A stretch of DNA of 64,000 bases from Octopus sinensis (taxonomy: Eukaryota): NCBI RefSeq assembly GCF_006345805.1, contig NC_043022.1:3162001-3226000 (forward strand), in the 5' to 3' direction. The notes under the pieces are model-generated. The model saw only the letters and a list, made by a program, of their open reading frames with translations. It had not been told where the DNA came from and did no database searches. Made by a program: the position numbers and the translations under genes. Shown here one piece after another: positions 37,918 through 49,940 of the stretch (positions within the stretch are counted from its first letter, which is position 1; every line of letters starts with the position of its first letter).

Positions 37918-38205
37918 TATAATAGTTTGTTCCTTCTCGAGCCATGCCTGGCTCATAAGGGCCGGTTTCCTTGGTGTATAAGGTTCCCCACCTGGACGGG
38001 ATGCCGATCTGTCGCAGGTGAGCTGCAACATGCAGGAGGAAAGAGTGAGAAAAAGTTGTGGCAAAAGACTCGGCAGAAGTTCGCCATTACCTTCTGCTGG
38101 AGCCACATAGAGCTTAGGTGTTTCGCTCATAAACACACACATCGCCCGGTCTGAGATTCGGACCCGCGATCCCTCGACTGCGAGTCTGTTACTTTAACCA
38201 CTTAG
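37918..38205 (-). mobile_element. SINE-D
   Basis: Reverse complement of 26124-26430. Confidence 0.85.
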
Positions 38206-38704
38206 CTTCTACAGTTATAATAGTTAGTGGTATAAAAAAAAAATCATTCAACTATTAAATTATGAAACCTTTCTTCCGTTTCCTGTCGTTTTAATTTTTA
38301 ACTCTTTAACTCGCCTCAGTTGGGGAGCTGCGGCCATGCAGGGGCATTCTTCTATCAAATATATTTTCTGATTAAGTAGCAACCATGTTGCTACTTAATA
38401 GGCACAGAACCTCTCATTTGTTAAAAAAAAAGTGGAGTGGGAGTTAATCAATCATATCGACCCAGGAACTTGATTGGGTTTTTAAAAACATTTTATCGAC
38501 ACCGAAAGATGAAAAGCAAAGTTGAGATCCGCGGGGTTTGAACTCAGAACCTAAAGATCCAGAGTATATAACAACAGCTCTAATAATTCGGTCAATCCAG
38601 TGACGTACCTAAAACGTCGTCTAAGTTATTGACGTCATAACAATTTATAAACTTAGAGAGGACGTGAAATGATATTTTTCTTTTTTTTTTTTTATGGAAC
38701 GATG

Positions 38705-38896
38705 GATCTCGAAGCGCATAAAGCTTTAAATAATAGCATGTAAATATTGGGTTGAAAAACTGTTTGGGATAGAAAGAATCAGAGGCTGCCCATGGGACTC
38801 GAACCTACATCTCCTGTAGACATGACAAGCGTTCTACCCACAAGTTTTTCCAAACCAACATTTACACGCTTTTATAGCCTTATCTGCTTCGAGATC
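38705..38896. mobile_element. Small inverted-repeat element enclosing a tRNA-like segment
   Basis: About 55-bp imperfect IRs beginning GATCTCGAAGC / ending GCTTCGAGATC; inner GGTTCGAGTCCC B-box on -. Confidence 0.55.
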
Positions 38897-39394
38897 TAGC
38901 ATTACAAAAACAAAGCAAAGTAAATAATCTTCTTTGTTTCAGTGTTTGTTGCCTGTCATAAATTTGATTTACAACTTCCACTTGTTTATATTTTCGCGGA
39001 AAGGAGAAACCTCGTGAGGAAGTTTCAAATAATTTTCTTTGATTTGTTTAAATCGAACGAGTTTAGTCATAACTATGTTTCACAAAGTTTCCCACGAAGA
39101 GAAAGAGGGGTGGGTGGGAGGGGTACCGTCTATTAATAGAACTACACGAAATGTGGAAAGCTTATGAATAAAAACGTGACTATTAAATGTTGTTTTGTTG
39201 TAGACTTAGTAGAGCAAAACAGTTGGAGATAAAAACGTTCTTTTAATGCTTTTGTGTCCGTCGAATGACTTGCTTTGTGATTAGAATAGTTTCTTTTGAT
39301 ACACGTAGTTTCTGAAGGTGGTGACATTGTGGCCATCATGGCAGTCCAGAAGAACCAGAGACGCAATTGAAGACGGTTACAAGTTTGAATAGAA

Positions 39395-39625
39395 GGTGGC
39401 AAGCTGGCAGAAACGTTAGCACGCCGGACGAAATGCTTAGCGGTATTTCGTCTGCCGCTACGTTCTGAGTTCAAATTCCGCCGAGGTCGACTTTGCCTTT
39501 CATCCTTTCAGGGTCGATAAATTAAGTACCAGTTACACACTGGGGTCGATGTAATCGACTTAATCCCTTTGTCTATCCTTGTTTGTCCACTCTATGTTTA
39601 GCCCCTTGTGGGTAGTAAAGAAATG
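39395..39625 (+). mobile_element. SINE-B monomer with 20-bp TSD
   Basis: GGTTACAAGTTTGAATAGAA at 39375-39394 and 39626-39645. Confidence 0.93.
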
Positions 39626-40154
39626 GGTTACAAGTTTGAATAGAAAGCGACTTGTGAAGTCATGCATGGATGTAAGGAATTAACAAAGTCTATCGGTGTT
39701 TGGCCTTGATATATATTCGAAATTATTGGTGCGTTAACAGTGGTTTGATCTATTGGCTACATTGCACTACAGAAAATATAAATCTACAGATTTTAGCCAA
39801 CACTGTATGCACAAATGTTGTTATCTAAGCAGCGTACAGATGTCAGCATCTTGTCTGTACGTACAGTATCTTCATCGACAGCAAGAGAGGGACAGTTGGG
39901 GCTACTTCCAGTCCTGCGTTGGGATTTCCATCTCCTAGAGAACCCTTATACACACATACACACGCGCACACATATGTATGTATATGTATCTTTATTGGCG
40001 CAGGGGTGCCTGTGTGGTAAGGAGTTTGTTTCCCAACCACATGGTTCCGAGTTCAGTTCTCACCGCGTGGTATCTTGGGCAAGTGTCTTCTACAGGGTGA
40101 TTCAAGACTCAAGAACAATTTATATTTTTAATAAGAAACAGTTTTTTTTATTAA

Positions 40155-40442
40155 GAGGTACTTAATTTATCGACTCCGAAAGGATGAAAAGCAAAGTCGA
40201 CCTCGGCGGAATTTGAACTCAGAACGTAGCAGTAGACGAAATACCTATTTCTTTACTACCCACAAGGGGCTAAACACAGAGGGAACAAACAAGGACAGAC
40301 AAAGGGATTAAGTCGATTACATCACACCCAGTGCGTAACTAGTACTTGATTTATCGATCCCGAAAGGATGAAAGGCAAAGTCGACCTTGGCGGAATTTGA
40401 ACGCATTTCGCCCGGCGCGCTAACGTTTCTGCCAGCTCACCG

Positions 40443-40445
<3 letters not shown>
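40155..40445 (-). mobile_element. SINE-B: head, body and partial second body
   Basis: GAAATACCTATTTC junction. Confidence 0.85.
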
Positions 40446-40478
<33 letters not shown>

Positions 40479-40832
40479 ACACATACCGTAACAAGAGAAA
40501 GCAAAACAGAAAGTGAAGGGGGGTGGGATCTCAGGAAGTAGATTGTGTGAATGGACCAGGTTCGAGGTTGTTTCCCCTACCCCACTATCCACTATCCGTA
40601 ATTATGTAACGAGACCATGTCCAACTCGTTTTTATCCGCCTTCATTTGTTTGTTTTTTTCTTCTTCCCTCATTTCCATTTTCCCGTTCTCATATCTATTT
40701 TCATTAACATTTAGCAGAAAGCCGGTGATGAGGCGCAGCGAGGCTGCGTGGTAAGATGCTTGCTTCCCGACCATATGGTTCTGGGTTCAGTTCCACTGCA
40801 TGGCACCTTCGGCACATAATAATCGTTTCTCA

Positions 40833-41245
40833 AGGCGGCGAACTGCCAGAAGTGTTAGCATGCTGAAAGGATATACTTAGCGGTATTTCGCCAGTCGCTA
40901 CGTTCTGAGTTCGAATTCCGCTGAGGTCGACTTTGCCTTTCATCCTTCCGGGGTCGATAAATTAAGTGCCAGTTACGCACTGGGAGCGATGTAATCGACT
41001 TAATCCCTTTGTCTGTCCTTGTTTGTCCCCTCTATGTTTTGCCCCTCATGGGTAGTAAAGGAATAGGTATTTCGTCTGTCACTACGTTCTGAGTTCAAAT
41101 TCTGCCGAGGTCGTCATTGCCTTTCATCCTTTCGGGGTTGATAAATTAAGTACCAGTTACGCACTGGGGTCGATGTAATCGACTTAATCCCTTTGTCTGT
41201 ACTTGTTTGTCCCCTCTATGTTTAGCTCCTTGTGGGCAATAAAGA
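40833..41245 (+). mobile_element. SINE-B dimer (head plus two bodies)
   Basis: Junction AATAGGTATTTCGTC at about 41062. Confidence 0.85.
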
Positions 41246-41402
41246 ATTAAGAAGCTTGCTTCTCCGTCACATAGTTGCGGGTTCAATCCCAATGCATAGA
41301 ACCTTGGGTAAGTGTTTTCTACTATAGCTTCGGACAAACAAAGCCTTGCGGTTTGGATAAGATTTAGCTGCTGTTTTTAGCAGGTCGTGCGACCACTTAG
41401 AG

Positions 41403-41621
41403 CAGTGCTTTTCAACCTTTTTGCTGGAGCGGAACCCCAAGGAAACATTCCACTTGCTCGAAGAACCCCTGTGCAATAATTTAATTGTCTTATGCACACA
41501 TATCTGCACAGGAGAATTAAAAATTACTGCCGATTTTAGGAGTTTTGTAACTTCTTGCGGAACCCCTGGACTGTACTGGCGGAACCCTAAGGTTCTGCGG
41601 AACCCTGGTTGAAAACCACTG
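41403..41621. mobile_element. hAT (Charlie-like) MITE
   Basis: TIR CAGTGCTTTTCAACC / GGTTGAAAACCACTG; 8-bp TSD ACTTAGAG. Confidence 0.92.
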
Positions 41622-41705
41622 ACTTAGAGGCCCCGTCGACGGTTCACAACAACGGCGAGTAAACCACCTGAACTGAGAAACTTCCAGCATTCGTATGTAA
41701 ATGGA

Positions 41706-42091
41706 TGGAAGCACTCCGTCGATTACGACAATGAGGGTTCCGGTTGATCCGAATCAACGGAACAGCCTGCTCGTGAAATTAACGTGTAAGTGGCTGAGCA
41801 CTCCACGGACACGTGCACCCTTAACGTAGTTCTCGGGGATATTCAGCATGACACAGAGAGTGACAAGGCCGGCCCCTTGAAATACAGGTACAACAGAAAC
41901 AGGAAGTAAGAGTGAGAGAAAGTTGTGGTGAAAGAGTACAGCAGGGATCACCACCACCCCCTGCCGGAGCCTCGTGGAGCTTTTAGGTGTTTTCGCTCAA
42001 TAAACACTCACAACGCCCAGTCTGGGAATCGAAACCGTGATCCTATGACTGCGAGTCCGCTGCCCTAACCACTGCGCCATTGCGCCTCCAC
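41706..42091 (-). mobile_element. SINE-C, full length
   Basis: Reverse complement of 29499-29883. Confidence 0.92.
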
Positions 42092-42359
42092 CGTATATAA
42101 GTAAGTCTGTGTGCAGAGACTAAGAGTTATTGTTGTTGTTGTTTTTTGCTGTTATCGCTGCTGCTACTTTTTGGTTTTTTTGGGTTTTTTGTTTGTTTGT
42201 TAATCACTGGTTTTATACCCGATAACCTTCGCCTGCTCGCTATTTTTCTTCCCGATCAGAACACTACTACTACTACTTGTAGTAGTAGTAGTAGTAGTAT
42301 ATTTATTTAAGGAACAGTTATGTGACAATCAGAAACACTAGAAAGGATATTACGTGGAT

Positions 42360-42712
42360 GCACACACACTTCACACACACATACACACACACACACACAC
42401 TTCACACACACACACACACACACACTTCACACACACACACACACTTCACACACACACACACATACACACACACACACATACACACACACACACACACACT
42501 TCACACACACACACACACTTCACACACACACACACACTTCACACATACACACACACACACACACTTCACACACACACACACATACACACAACACACACAC
42601 ACACTTCCACACACACACACACACACACTTCACACACACACACACACACCACACACACACACACACTTCACACACACACACACACACACACTTCACACAC
42701 ATACACACAGGA
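42360..42712. repeat. (CA)n punctuated by CTT
   Basis: Directly visible. Confidence 0.95.
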
Positions 42713-43204
42713 ACTGCATCATGTGTGTGTGTGTGTGTTTGACGTTTGACTGAGGTTGCGGTGAGAGTAAGGATAGTCATACCTTTACAAATGCTTGTTA
42801 AAAATTATTGCGTATATTTATATATATTTATATATATATATACATATATGTATGTATAACTATGTATAGATGTGTGCGTGTGTGTATGTTTGTGTAGATG
42901 TATGTGTGTATATTGTTTAACACTCCTTTTTTTCTATTTTATTCCACTGGAAGACCACTTGTTTAGTCTGGTTAATTCGTGGGTGTCACCGCTATGACAC
43001 ATTTCAAGGAAGTTAGATAGATTTGGCCGAAACTCACCTGACAGTAAATCAAAACCACTTTGATTCCAAGATTTATTTATGTTTACCAACTGAATGAATT
43101 TAATAAGAGCATCTGAATATGAAACATAATGAAAATTGTTCAAACTGAAGTCCTTCTTGAGTGACACCATTCTTCCATTCGAGTCAATACAGAATTATAG
43201 ATAA

Positions 43205-43605
43205 CTAGCAGTATCGCCCGGCGTTGCTCGGGTTTGTAAGGGAAATAACTATATAAGCATTTTTAGAGAGTTATAGCCAAAAAATAGCAAAAAAATGCAT
43301 TAAAAATGGGGAAAAAATTATGGTAAATTTTTTTTTAAATTGTTGACTCATCTTAGACATTTTTAGAGAGTTACTTCCCTTATATAATAGCGAAAAATGC
43401 ATTAAAAAGGAAAAAAACGATGGTAAATTTTTTTTTAAATCGTAGACTCATCGTAGATGCACGCTAATACCCAGAAGGGCTCGATATGAATCACGACTAT
43501 AAGATACCCGGTTTTGGTTAAACTGCACCGCAAAATGTGGGAGTAGTTAGGAATCTAAATCGTAGGAGACAGACACTCACATAACTTCACTTTTATATAT
43601 AAAGA
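43205..43605 (-). mobile_element. Non-autonomous Helitron N3, second copy
   Basis: Highly similar to 30399-30797, same termini. Confidence 0.92.
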
Positions 43606-44024
43606 TATTTATGGAATTTTGATTTACTGTCGAGTGACTTTTGGCCAACCCAGTATATTTGGGTGTGTGTGTGTGTGTGTGGAGAGAGAGAGAGTATAGA
43701 ATACACTTCGTAGTGCTCAAGGGATTTTAACTTGAGCAGGTAGAGGACAAGGAAGTTAGGCAAGTTGATATACAAATGATATGAAATATATTTAATGCAA
43801 AAAGTGCATATATACGTTTACATATAGAAAGATCCAACTTACATAGAATAGAAATGATATCAGGAATTAAAGGGGTTGAATAAGAGTTTTACGAGTCCAA
43901 CGGCTGTTTCTGGGGGCCTTGGTGGTCCAAAATAATGACTGATAATTGAATCCATCATCAGGTAATACCAGCCTACATCTTCAGGGAAGAATTTTACATT
44001 TGAGGTGTTGACAGAATGGAGTAT

Positions 44025-44400
44025 ATGACTCTGTGCTAAGAAGTTTGCCTCCCAACCACGTGGGTCCAGATTCAGTTCCACTGCGTGGTACCTTGGGCAA
44101 GTGTCTTCTGCTATAGCCTCGGGCCAACCAAAGCCTTATGAGTGGATTTGCTAGACAGAAACCGAAAGAAGCCTGTCGTATATGTATGTATCTATGTGTG
44201 TGTGTCTTTTTGTTTCTGTTTATTCCCCCATACTGCTCAACAACTGGTGTTGGTGTGTTTACGTCCCCGTGAGCTGGTTCGGCAAAAGAGACCGATAGAA
44301 TAAGAACTAGGTTTTAAAAAGTCCTGGGGTCGATTTCTTCAATTGAAACTCTTCAAGGCGGTGCTTCAGCATGGCCGCAGTCAAATGACTGAAACAAATA
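44025..44400 (+). mobile_element. Old SINE-A
   Basis: Diverged full copy. Confidence 0.78.
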
Positions 44401-44481
44401 GAACATAAGAGAAAGAGAGAAAGAAAGAGAGAGAGGGAGGAGGAGGGGGTTGCATTTTAAAGTAAATTTGAATATATCAGT

Positions 44482-44880
44482 AACTCTTTACTCTTTTACT
44501 TGTTTCAGTCATTTGACTGCGGCCATGCTGGAGCACCACTATAGTCGAGCAAATCGACCCCGGGACTTATTCTTTGTAAGCCCAGTACTTATTCTATCGG
44601 TCACTTTTGCCGAACCGCTAAGTAACGGGGACGTAAACACACCAGCATCGGTTGCCAAGCAATGCCAGGGGGACAAACACAGACACACAAACATACACAC
44701 ACATATATATATACATATATACGACGGGCTTCTTTCAGTTTCCGTCTACCAAATCCACTCACAAGGCATTGGTCGGCCCGGGGCTATAGCGGAAGACACT
44801 TGCCCAAGATGCCACGCAGTGGGACTGAACCCGGAACCATGTGGTTGGTAGACAGGCTACTTACCACACAGCCACTCCTG
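44482..44880 (-). mobile_element. Young SINE-A
   Basis: Consensus-like. Confidence 0.9.
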
Positions 44881-45087
44881 TGTGTGGGTTTTATTATTCT
44901 TTAAATTCATGTTTTACTTCGCAGAATTCAAACCAGTTGGCGTCTGTGTGGACGGGTGTGTGTCCATGCATGTGCGCATGTATTTAAATAATGGGTGTTT
45001 AGTCTAAATTTTACAGTTTCCCTATGAGGAGAAGAAAACACAATTTTCCCTTCAAAATAAAAGGCTTTTTTTTTTTAAACCAAAAAA

Positions 45088-45345
45088 CATTCTTTTCTAC
45101 TCTAGGCACCAGGCACGAAATTTGGTGGCAGGGAGCCAGTCGATTAGATCGACTCCAGTACGTAACTGGTACTTAATTTATCGACCCCGAAGAGTGACAG
45201 GCAAAGTCGGCCTCGACGGAATTTGAACTCAGAAATACCTATTTCTTTACTACCCACAAGGGGCTAAAGATAGAGGGGACAAACAAGGACAGACAAAGGG
45301 ATTAAGTCGATTACATCGACCCCAGTGCATAACTAGTACTTATTT
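45088..45345 (-). mobile_element. SINE-B partial multimer (B1 body followed by B2-tailed body)
   Basis: Junction GAACTCAGAAATACCTATTTC. Confidence 0.7.
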
Positions 45346-45457
45346 AATCGACTTTGCCTTTCATCCTTCCGAGGTCGATAAAATAACTACTAATTGAACA
45401 CCGAGGTCAACTCATCCCCTCTCCCTAAATCAGGCCCTTGTGGCAAAATTTGAAATC

Positions 45458-45966
45458 ATTATTATTGTTATTGAGTGAGAGAGCAGTGCATGCCATCGAA
45501 ATAATACTGGGATACAAATATACGAAGCCCAGTATACCCATCATGACTACCAGTCTCATAAGGGTACACCAGGCACATGCATTACAACCACATATGTGCG
45601 ACATGGTGATCTCATATCAAGACAAACAGTGCATGACCTTGCAGGTGGGGGCCCAGTTAGAATTTTCATGTCGAGTGGTCCATCCCGCTCAAAAAGGTCC
45701 CTGAATAACGGTTGTTTAAGGATGTTAAACGAAACACCCATGTTTCCATAGATGAATTCTTGAAACCCAAAAGAATTCCTCTCAACACATGGCTATGATG
45801 CTACCCCACTACTTCTGCTCGTGGTCAGAGATGCACATATCGTCAGCCACTAAGGGACATGCTCAACTGGTTAAGGTCAAGCAACTGAAAAGCAATTCTG
45901 TGGTATTGAGCAGAATATTTGCTGTAGCCCATCTTTAATACCAAGATGAAACAATGTACATGATAA
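45458..45966 (-). mobile_element. About 510-bp retroposon with (TAA)n tail, copy 1
   Basis: On - ends GCACTGCTCTCTCACTCAATAA(TAA)n; no ORF. Confidence 0.7.
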
Positions 45967-46032
45967 AGTCGTTTTGTCCTGTACTGTCCATAATGTTTTC
46001 CACAATGTAAACCCTTGTAGTTAATAAAGAAA

Positions 46033-46556
46033 TTATTATTATTGAGTGAGAGAGCAGTGCATGCCATCAAAGTGACACTGGGGTAAAATATACGAAGCCC
46101 AATATACCCATCATGACTACCCGTCTGATAAGGGTACACCAGGCACATGCATCACAACCATATGTGCGCGACATGGTGATCTCATATCAAGATAAACAGC
46201 ACATGACCTTGCAGGTGGGGCCCAGTTAGAATTTTCTTCATTTTGAGTAGCCCATCCTGCTCAAACGGTCCCTGAATAAGGGTTGTTTAAGGATGTTGAA
46301 AGAACCACCCATGTTTCCAGAGGTGAACTATTCAAACCCCAAAGAATCCCTCTCAACACATGGCTATGATGCTCCCCCACTACTTCTGCTCGTGATCAGA
46401 GATGCACATATCGTCAGCCACTAAGGGACATGCTCAACTGGTTAAGGTCAAACAACTGACAAGCAAATCTCTGGTATTGAGCAGAATATTTGCTGTAGCC
46501 CATCTTTTATACCAAGACAAAACAATGTACATGATAACACTTCCAATCAGTTAAGA

Positions 46557-46558
<2 letters not shown>
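46033..46558 (-). mobile_element. About 525-bp retroposon with (TAA)n tail, copy 2
   Basis: Diverged direct copy of 45458-45966, bounded by (ATT)n. Confidence 0.7.
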
Positions 46559-46588
<30 letters not shown>

Positions 46589-46821
46589 TGCCATCATCGG
46601 CATTACTCTGTATGCGACGTGTTTTGAGTGCATAAAACAAGGCTAATCTGTCGAGCTTTAAACAATGCGTACGGTCATCGTTTACTCAATGACATCGTAA
46701 GAACCCTCGACGACGGGTGGAGGAGAGAGATGCAACAATAGGTGAGAGGTGAGGTGGGAGTGGACAAACAAAGCAAAGCAGACAGTTTGAAGGAGATTTC
46801 TTCGGAGGTACATTGACATAA

Positions 46822-47335
46822 TATAAACACACACACAGAGGTAGAGGTAGTGTGTGAGTGTGTGTGTGCATACATGCATATGTGTGTGTATATATATGTG
46901 TGTGTATATATATATGTGTGTGCGTGTGTATGTGTGCATAAATGTGTGCGTGTGTATATATGTCTGTGTGCGTGTATATATGTGTATGTGTGTGCGTGTA
47001 TATATGTGTGTGTGAGCATGTATATATATGTGTGTGTGTGTTTGTGTATGTATATATGTGTATGTGTGTGCATATATGTGTATGTGTGTGTATATATGTA
47101 TATATATGTATATATATATATGTGTGTATGTATGTATGTATATATATGTTTATATATATGTGTGTGTGTGTGCATGTATATGTGTGTGTGTGTGCATGTA
47201 TATATGTGTGTATGTGTGTGTGTGTGTATGTATATATATGTATGTGTGTGTGCATATATATATGTGTATGTATATATATATGTGTGTGTGTGTGTATTTG
47301 TGTATGTATGCGTGTGTGTGCGTGTGCAATGTTTG
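46822..47335. repeat. (TG)n/(TA)n compound microsatellite
   Basis: Directly visible. Confidence 0.95.
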
Positions 47336-47704
47336 CACTGAGCATGTCCTAGAGTTTTGAAGGAGGAAAGGTGCAATGATGTAACATTTTAAATAGCAAA
47401 AAGCACCTGCACTGTGTGTGTGTGTGTGTGGGAGGGTCGTGGGTTAAGCGTGGTTGGGTGCAGTCAGGAAATATCAAGGTTCGATCCCATTGCGTGGCAT
47501 CCTAGGGTTATGTCTTTTACTCTTGTTTTCAGCTAAGTCCGACTCTTGTGAGTGAAACCCCTAGGACGGACAGAAACTATGGGAGTTTGACATGTATACA
47601 CACCATGTCAAGGATCAAATCTTCACTGGTAACCAAATTAGGAGTTAGGGGTCGCCCTAACGAAAGACCGCCGAAATTTGAAGAAGATTTTTTTCCTTGA
47701 TATG

Positions 47705-48120
47705 CTTACTCTTTTACTCTCTTTTACTTGTTTCAGTCATATTTGACCGCGGCTATGCTGGAGCACCGCCTTTAATCGAGCAACTCGACTCCGGGACTTA
47801 TTCTTTTGTAAACCCAGTACTTATTCTATCGGTCTCTTTTGCCGAACCGCTAAGTGACGGCGACGTAAACACACCAGCATCGGTTGTCAAGCAATGCTAG
47901 GGGGACAAACACAGATGCACAAACACATACACACATACATATATATATAGACATATATATATATACATATATACGACAGGCTTCTTTCAATTTCCATCTA
48001 CCAAATCCTGAGGCTGAGGCTATAGTAGAAGACACTTGCCCAAGGTGCCACGCAGTGGGACTGAACCCGGAACCATGTGGTTGGTAAACAAGCTACTTAC
48101 CACACAGCCACTCCTGCGCC
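47705..48120 (-). mobile_element. SINE-A
   Basis: Full tail and head, small deletion. Confidence 0.88.
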
Positions 48121-48425
48121 TGTGCTTGGTGAGAGCAGAAACATGTCCTGCATGAAATGTTATCTGAGCTTTGCCCTGGTCTGGCAAAGATGGGTGTTCT
48201 CTGTGGGGGTCTCGAACCTCTGCTCTTAGACCTTCGCGGGCACTGCTTATCACATGAGAAAAGCGCGCGAATCTGGAGAATATTCAAGATGGCTTCCAAC
48301 TGTATGATCGATATTTAGGTGGTTCACGCGAAACTCGTATGGGTCGAGTGTAGCTAACCCATAATGGTAGCTTACTCATAATCGCGGTTGGGGCTCAAAT
48401 CCCTACAGCATGAAATGACCTTTAT

Positions 48426-48780
48426 TCTCTAGAAAAACGGCGCCGCCGTGGTGATCTCATTCTCACCCACAACATCATAAGCGGAAAGTGTAATCTCTCG
48501 AAAGAGCTGTTCTTCACTCCTGCTCCAGAGCGTCGGCTGCGGGGTCACTCCGAAAAGCTCTACCTGCGACGATTTCATCTCAATCGAAGGAGAGGAGCTT
48601 TCTCCATCCGGGTTGCGGATCCGTGGAACAAGCTGCCAGACGAGATGGTGAAGATGCCGACGACCGCTTTGTTCAAAGCCTCCCTTGACCTCAAGTGGCC
48701 TGAACTCTTTACATGAACACCACCCTGTACTTAACTCCATGTCCCCCTACATGGCCTTGCTATTTGCTTTTGAGCCAAAT

Positions 48781-48810
<30 letters not shown>
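48426..48810 (+). mobile_element. 5'-truncated CR1-like LINE 3' end
   Basis: Open frame 48429-48716 LEKRRRRGDLILTHNIISG...LRGHSEKL...FSIRVADPWNKLP...FKASLD*, typical CR1 ORF2 C-terminus; short UTR and (TAAC)n tail. Confidence 0.88.
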
Positions 48811-48811
<1 letters not shown>

Positions 48812-48843
48812 GATGTTGGAACAATGAAACCTTTACCATTTCG

Positions 48844-49050
48844 GGACACGTCTGAAGAATGGAGAGCCCTAGGTCACAAACACAAATATATTCACAGTTG
48901 GTTAGCGGTAGAAGGATTCAGTGCAGACCTCAACTGAGATACAAGGATGGAGTTAAGCATATCACGAGAAAAGCTAATCGTTGATACCAATAGATGGACC
49001 ACAACAGCGAAAGACATAAACTTGTGCAGGGCAATGATCCACTTGTGTTA
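48844..49050 (+). pseudogene. RTE-type LINE ORF2 C-terminal remnant
   Basis: GHV*RMESPRSQTQIYSQLVSGRRIQCRPQLRYKDGVK resembles RTE GHVxRM...YxEL..GxR..GRPxLRYKD. Confidence 0.7.
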
Positions 49051-49330
49051 CTTTGGCTTGGATCGTATATGAGAGTGGTGGAGAAGGTTCACATGCACTG
49101 GACCTGCCCAAGGGTAGACCACCGTTAGACTAGAAATATGTATTATATAGGTTATAAGTTCAGCAAAACAATTTTGCACCAGAATTTTTTATGGTATTAC
49201 CCATAAAATTATATGGGGTGATTATAACCAAAAAATAAGCAACAAGAATGGATCGGTAGTTTAGTACAATTGTTTCATACTATAACAATTTATTAAAGCT
49301 GCAATTATATAGGTTATATATATATATATA

Positions 49331-49548
49331 CACGTGGTCTGATCAATAAGTATCCGGACTGTTGCTGTAGTAACGAAGCTAAATCACGGAGAGTGAAGCT
49401 GCTTGGCAAAGATCAACCCTGAACTCTAGCTCACTTCCACAGTTTACAGCAGTGCTTGGAAGGAAGGTGTGTAGCGTGTGATCATGACAGAGAAATTACA
49501 GAGATTGTTACTATGGTAACAGCCCGGTTACTTATTGATCAGACACGC
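49331..49548. mobile_element. mariner-like MITE
   Basis: IR GTCTGATCAATAAGTATCCGG / CCCGGTTACTTATTGATCAGAC, embedded in (TA)n. Confidence 0.75.
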
Positions 49549-49574
49549 ACACATATATATATATATATATATAT

Positions 49575-49800
49575 ATAGGGGAGAATTCACAAAAAATAAA
49601 AGACGAAGACAGGTGGTGTAGACAACAAACAAATGTATTAGTTTAACGCTCGGGAAGCGAAAATGTGTTTAACGTTTCGAGCCTATGCTCTTCCACAGAA
49701 AGAAACAAGGAGAGAAAATACAGAATGTGTGGTGGCTAGCGATCTATCATGGCGAAGGCCAAACAGAAGGGTCACACAGGAGAGCTAGAGAGAAGGGGAG
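49575..49800 (-). mobile_element. Penelope-like non-coding remnant
   Basis: Contains a hammerhead-like GAGC-ATAG-GCTC-GAAAC motif on -; family assignment is inference. Confidence 0.45.
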
Positions 49801-49940
49801 ATAACAATGTGTGGTGATCCCAAAACGAGGTGCGTGTGCATGTGTATCGGCGGGAGAGTCCATCATATATATATGATGGACCCTCCCGTCGAAGACAACG
49901 CATAAGCGTTTAGCTTTTGCCGAATGACCTGCGCAAATAA

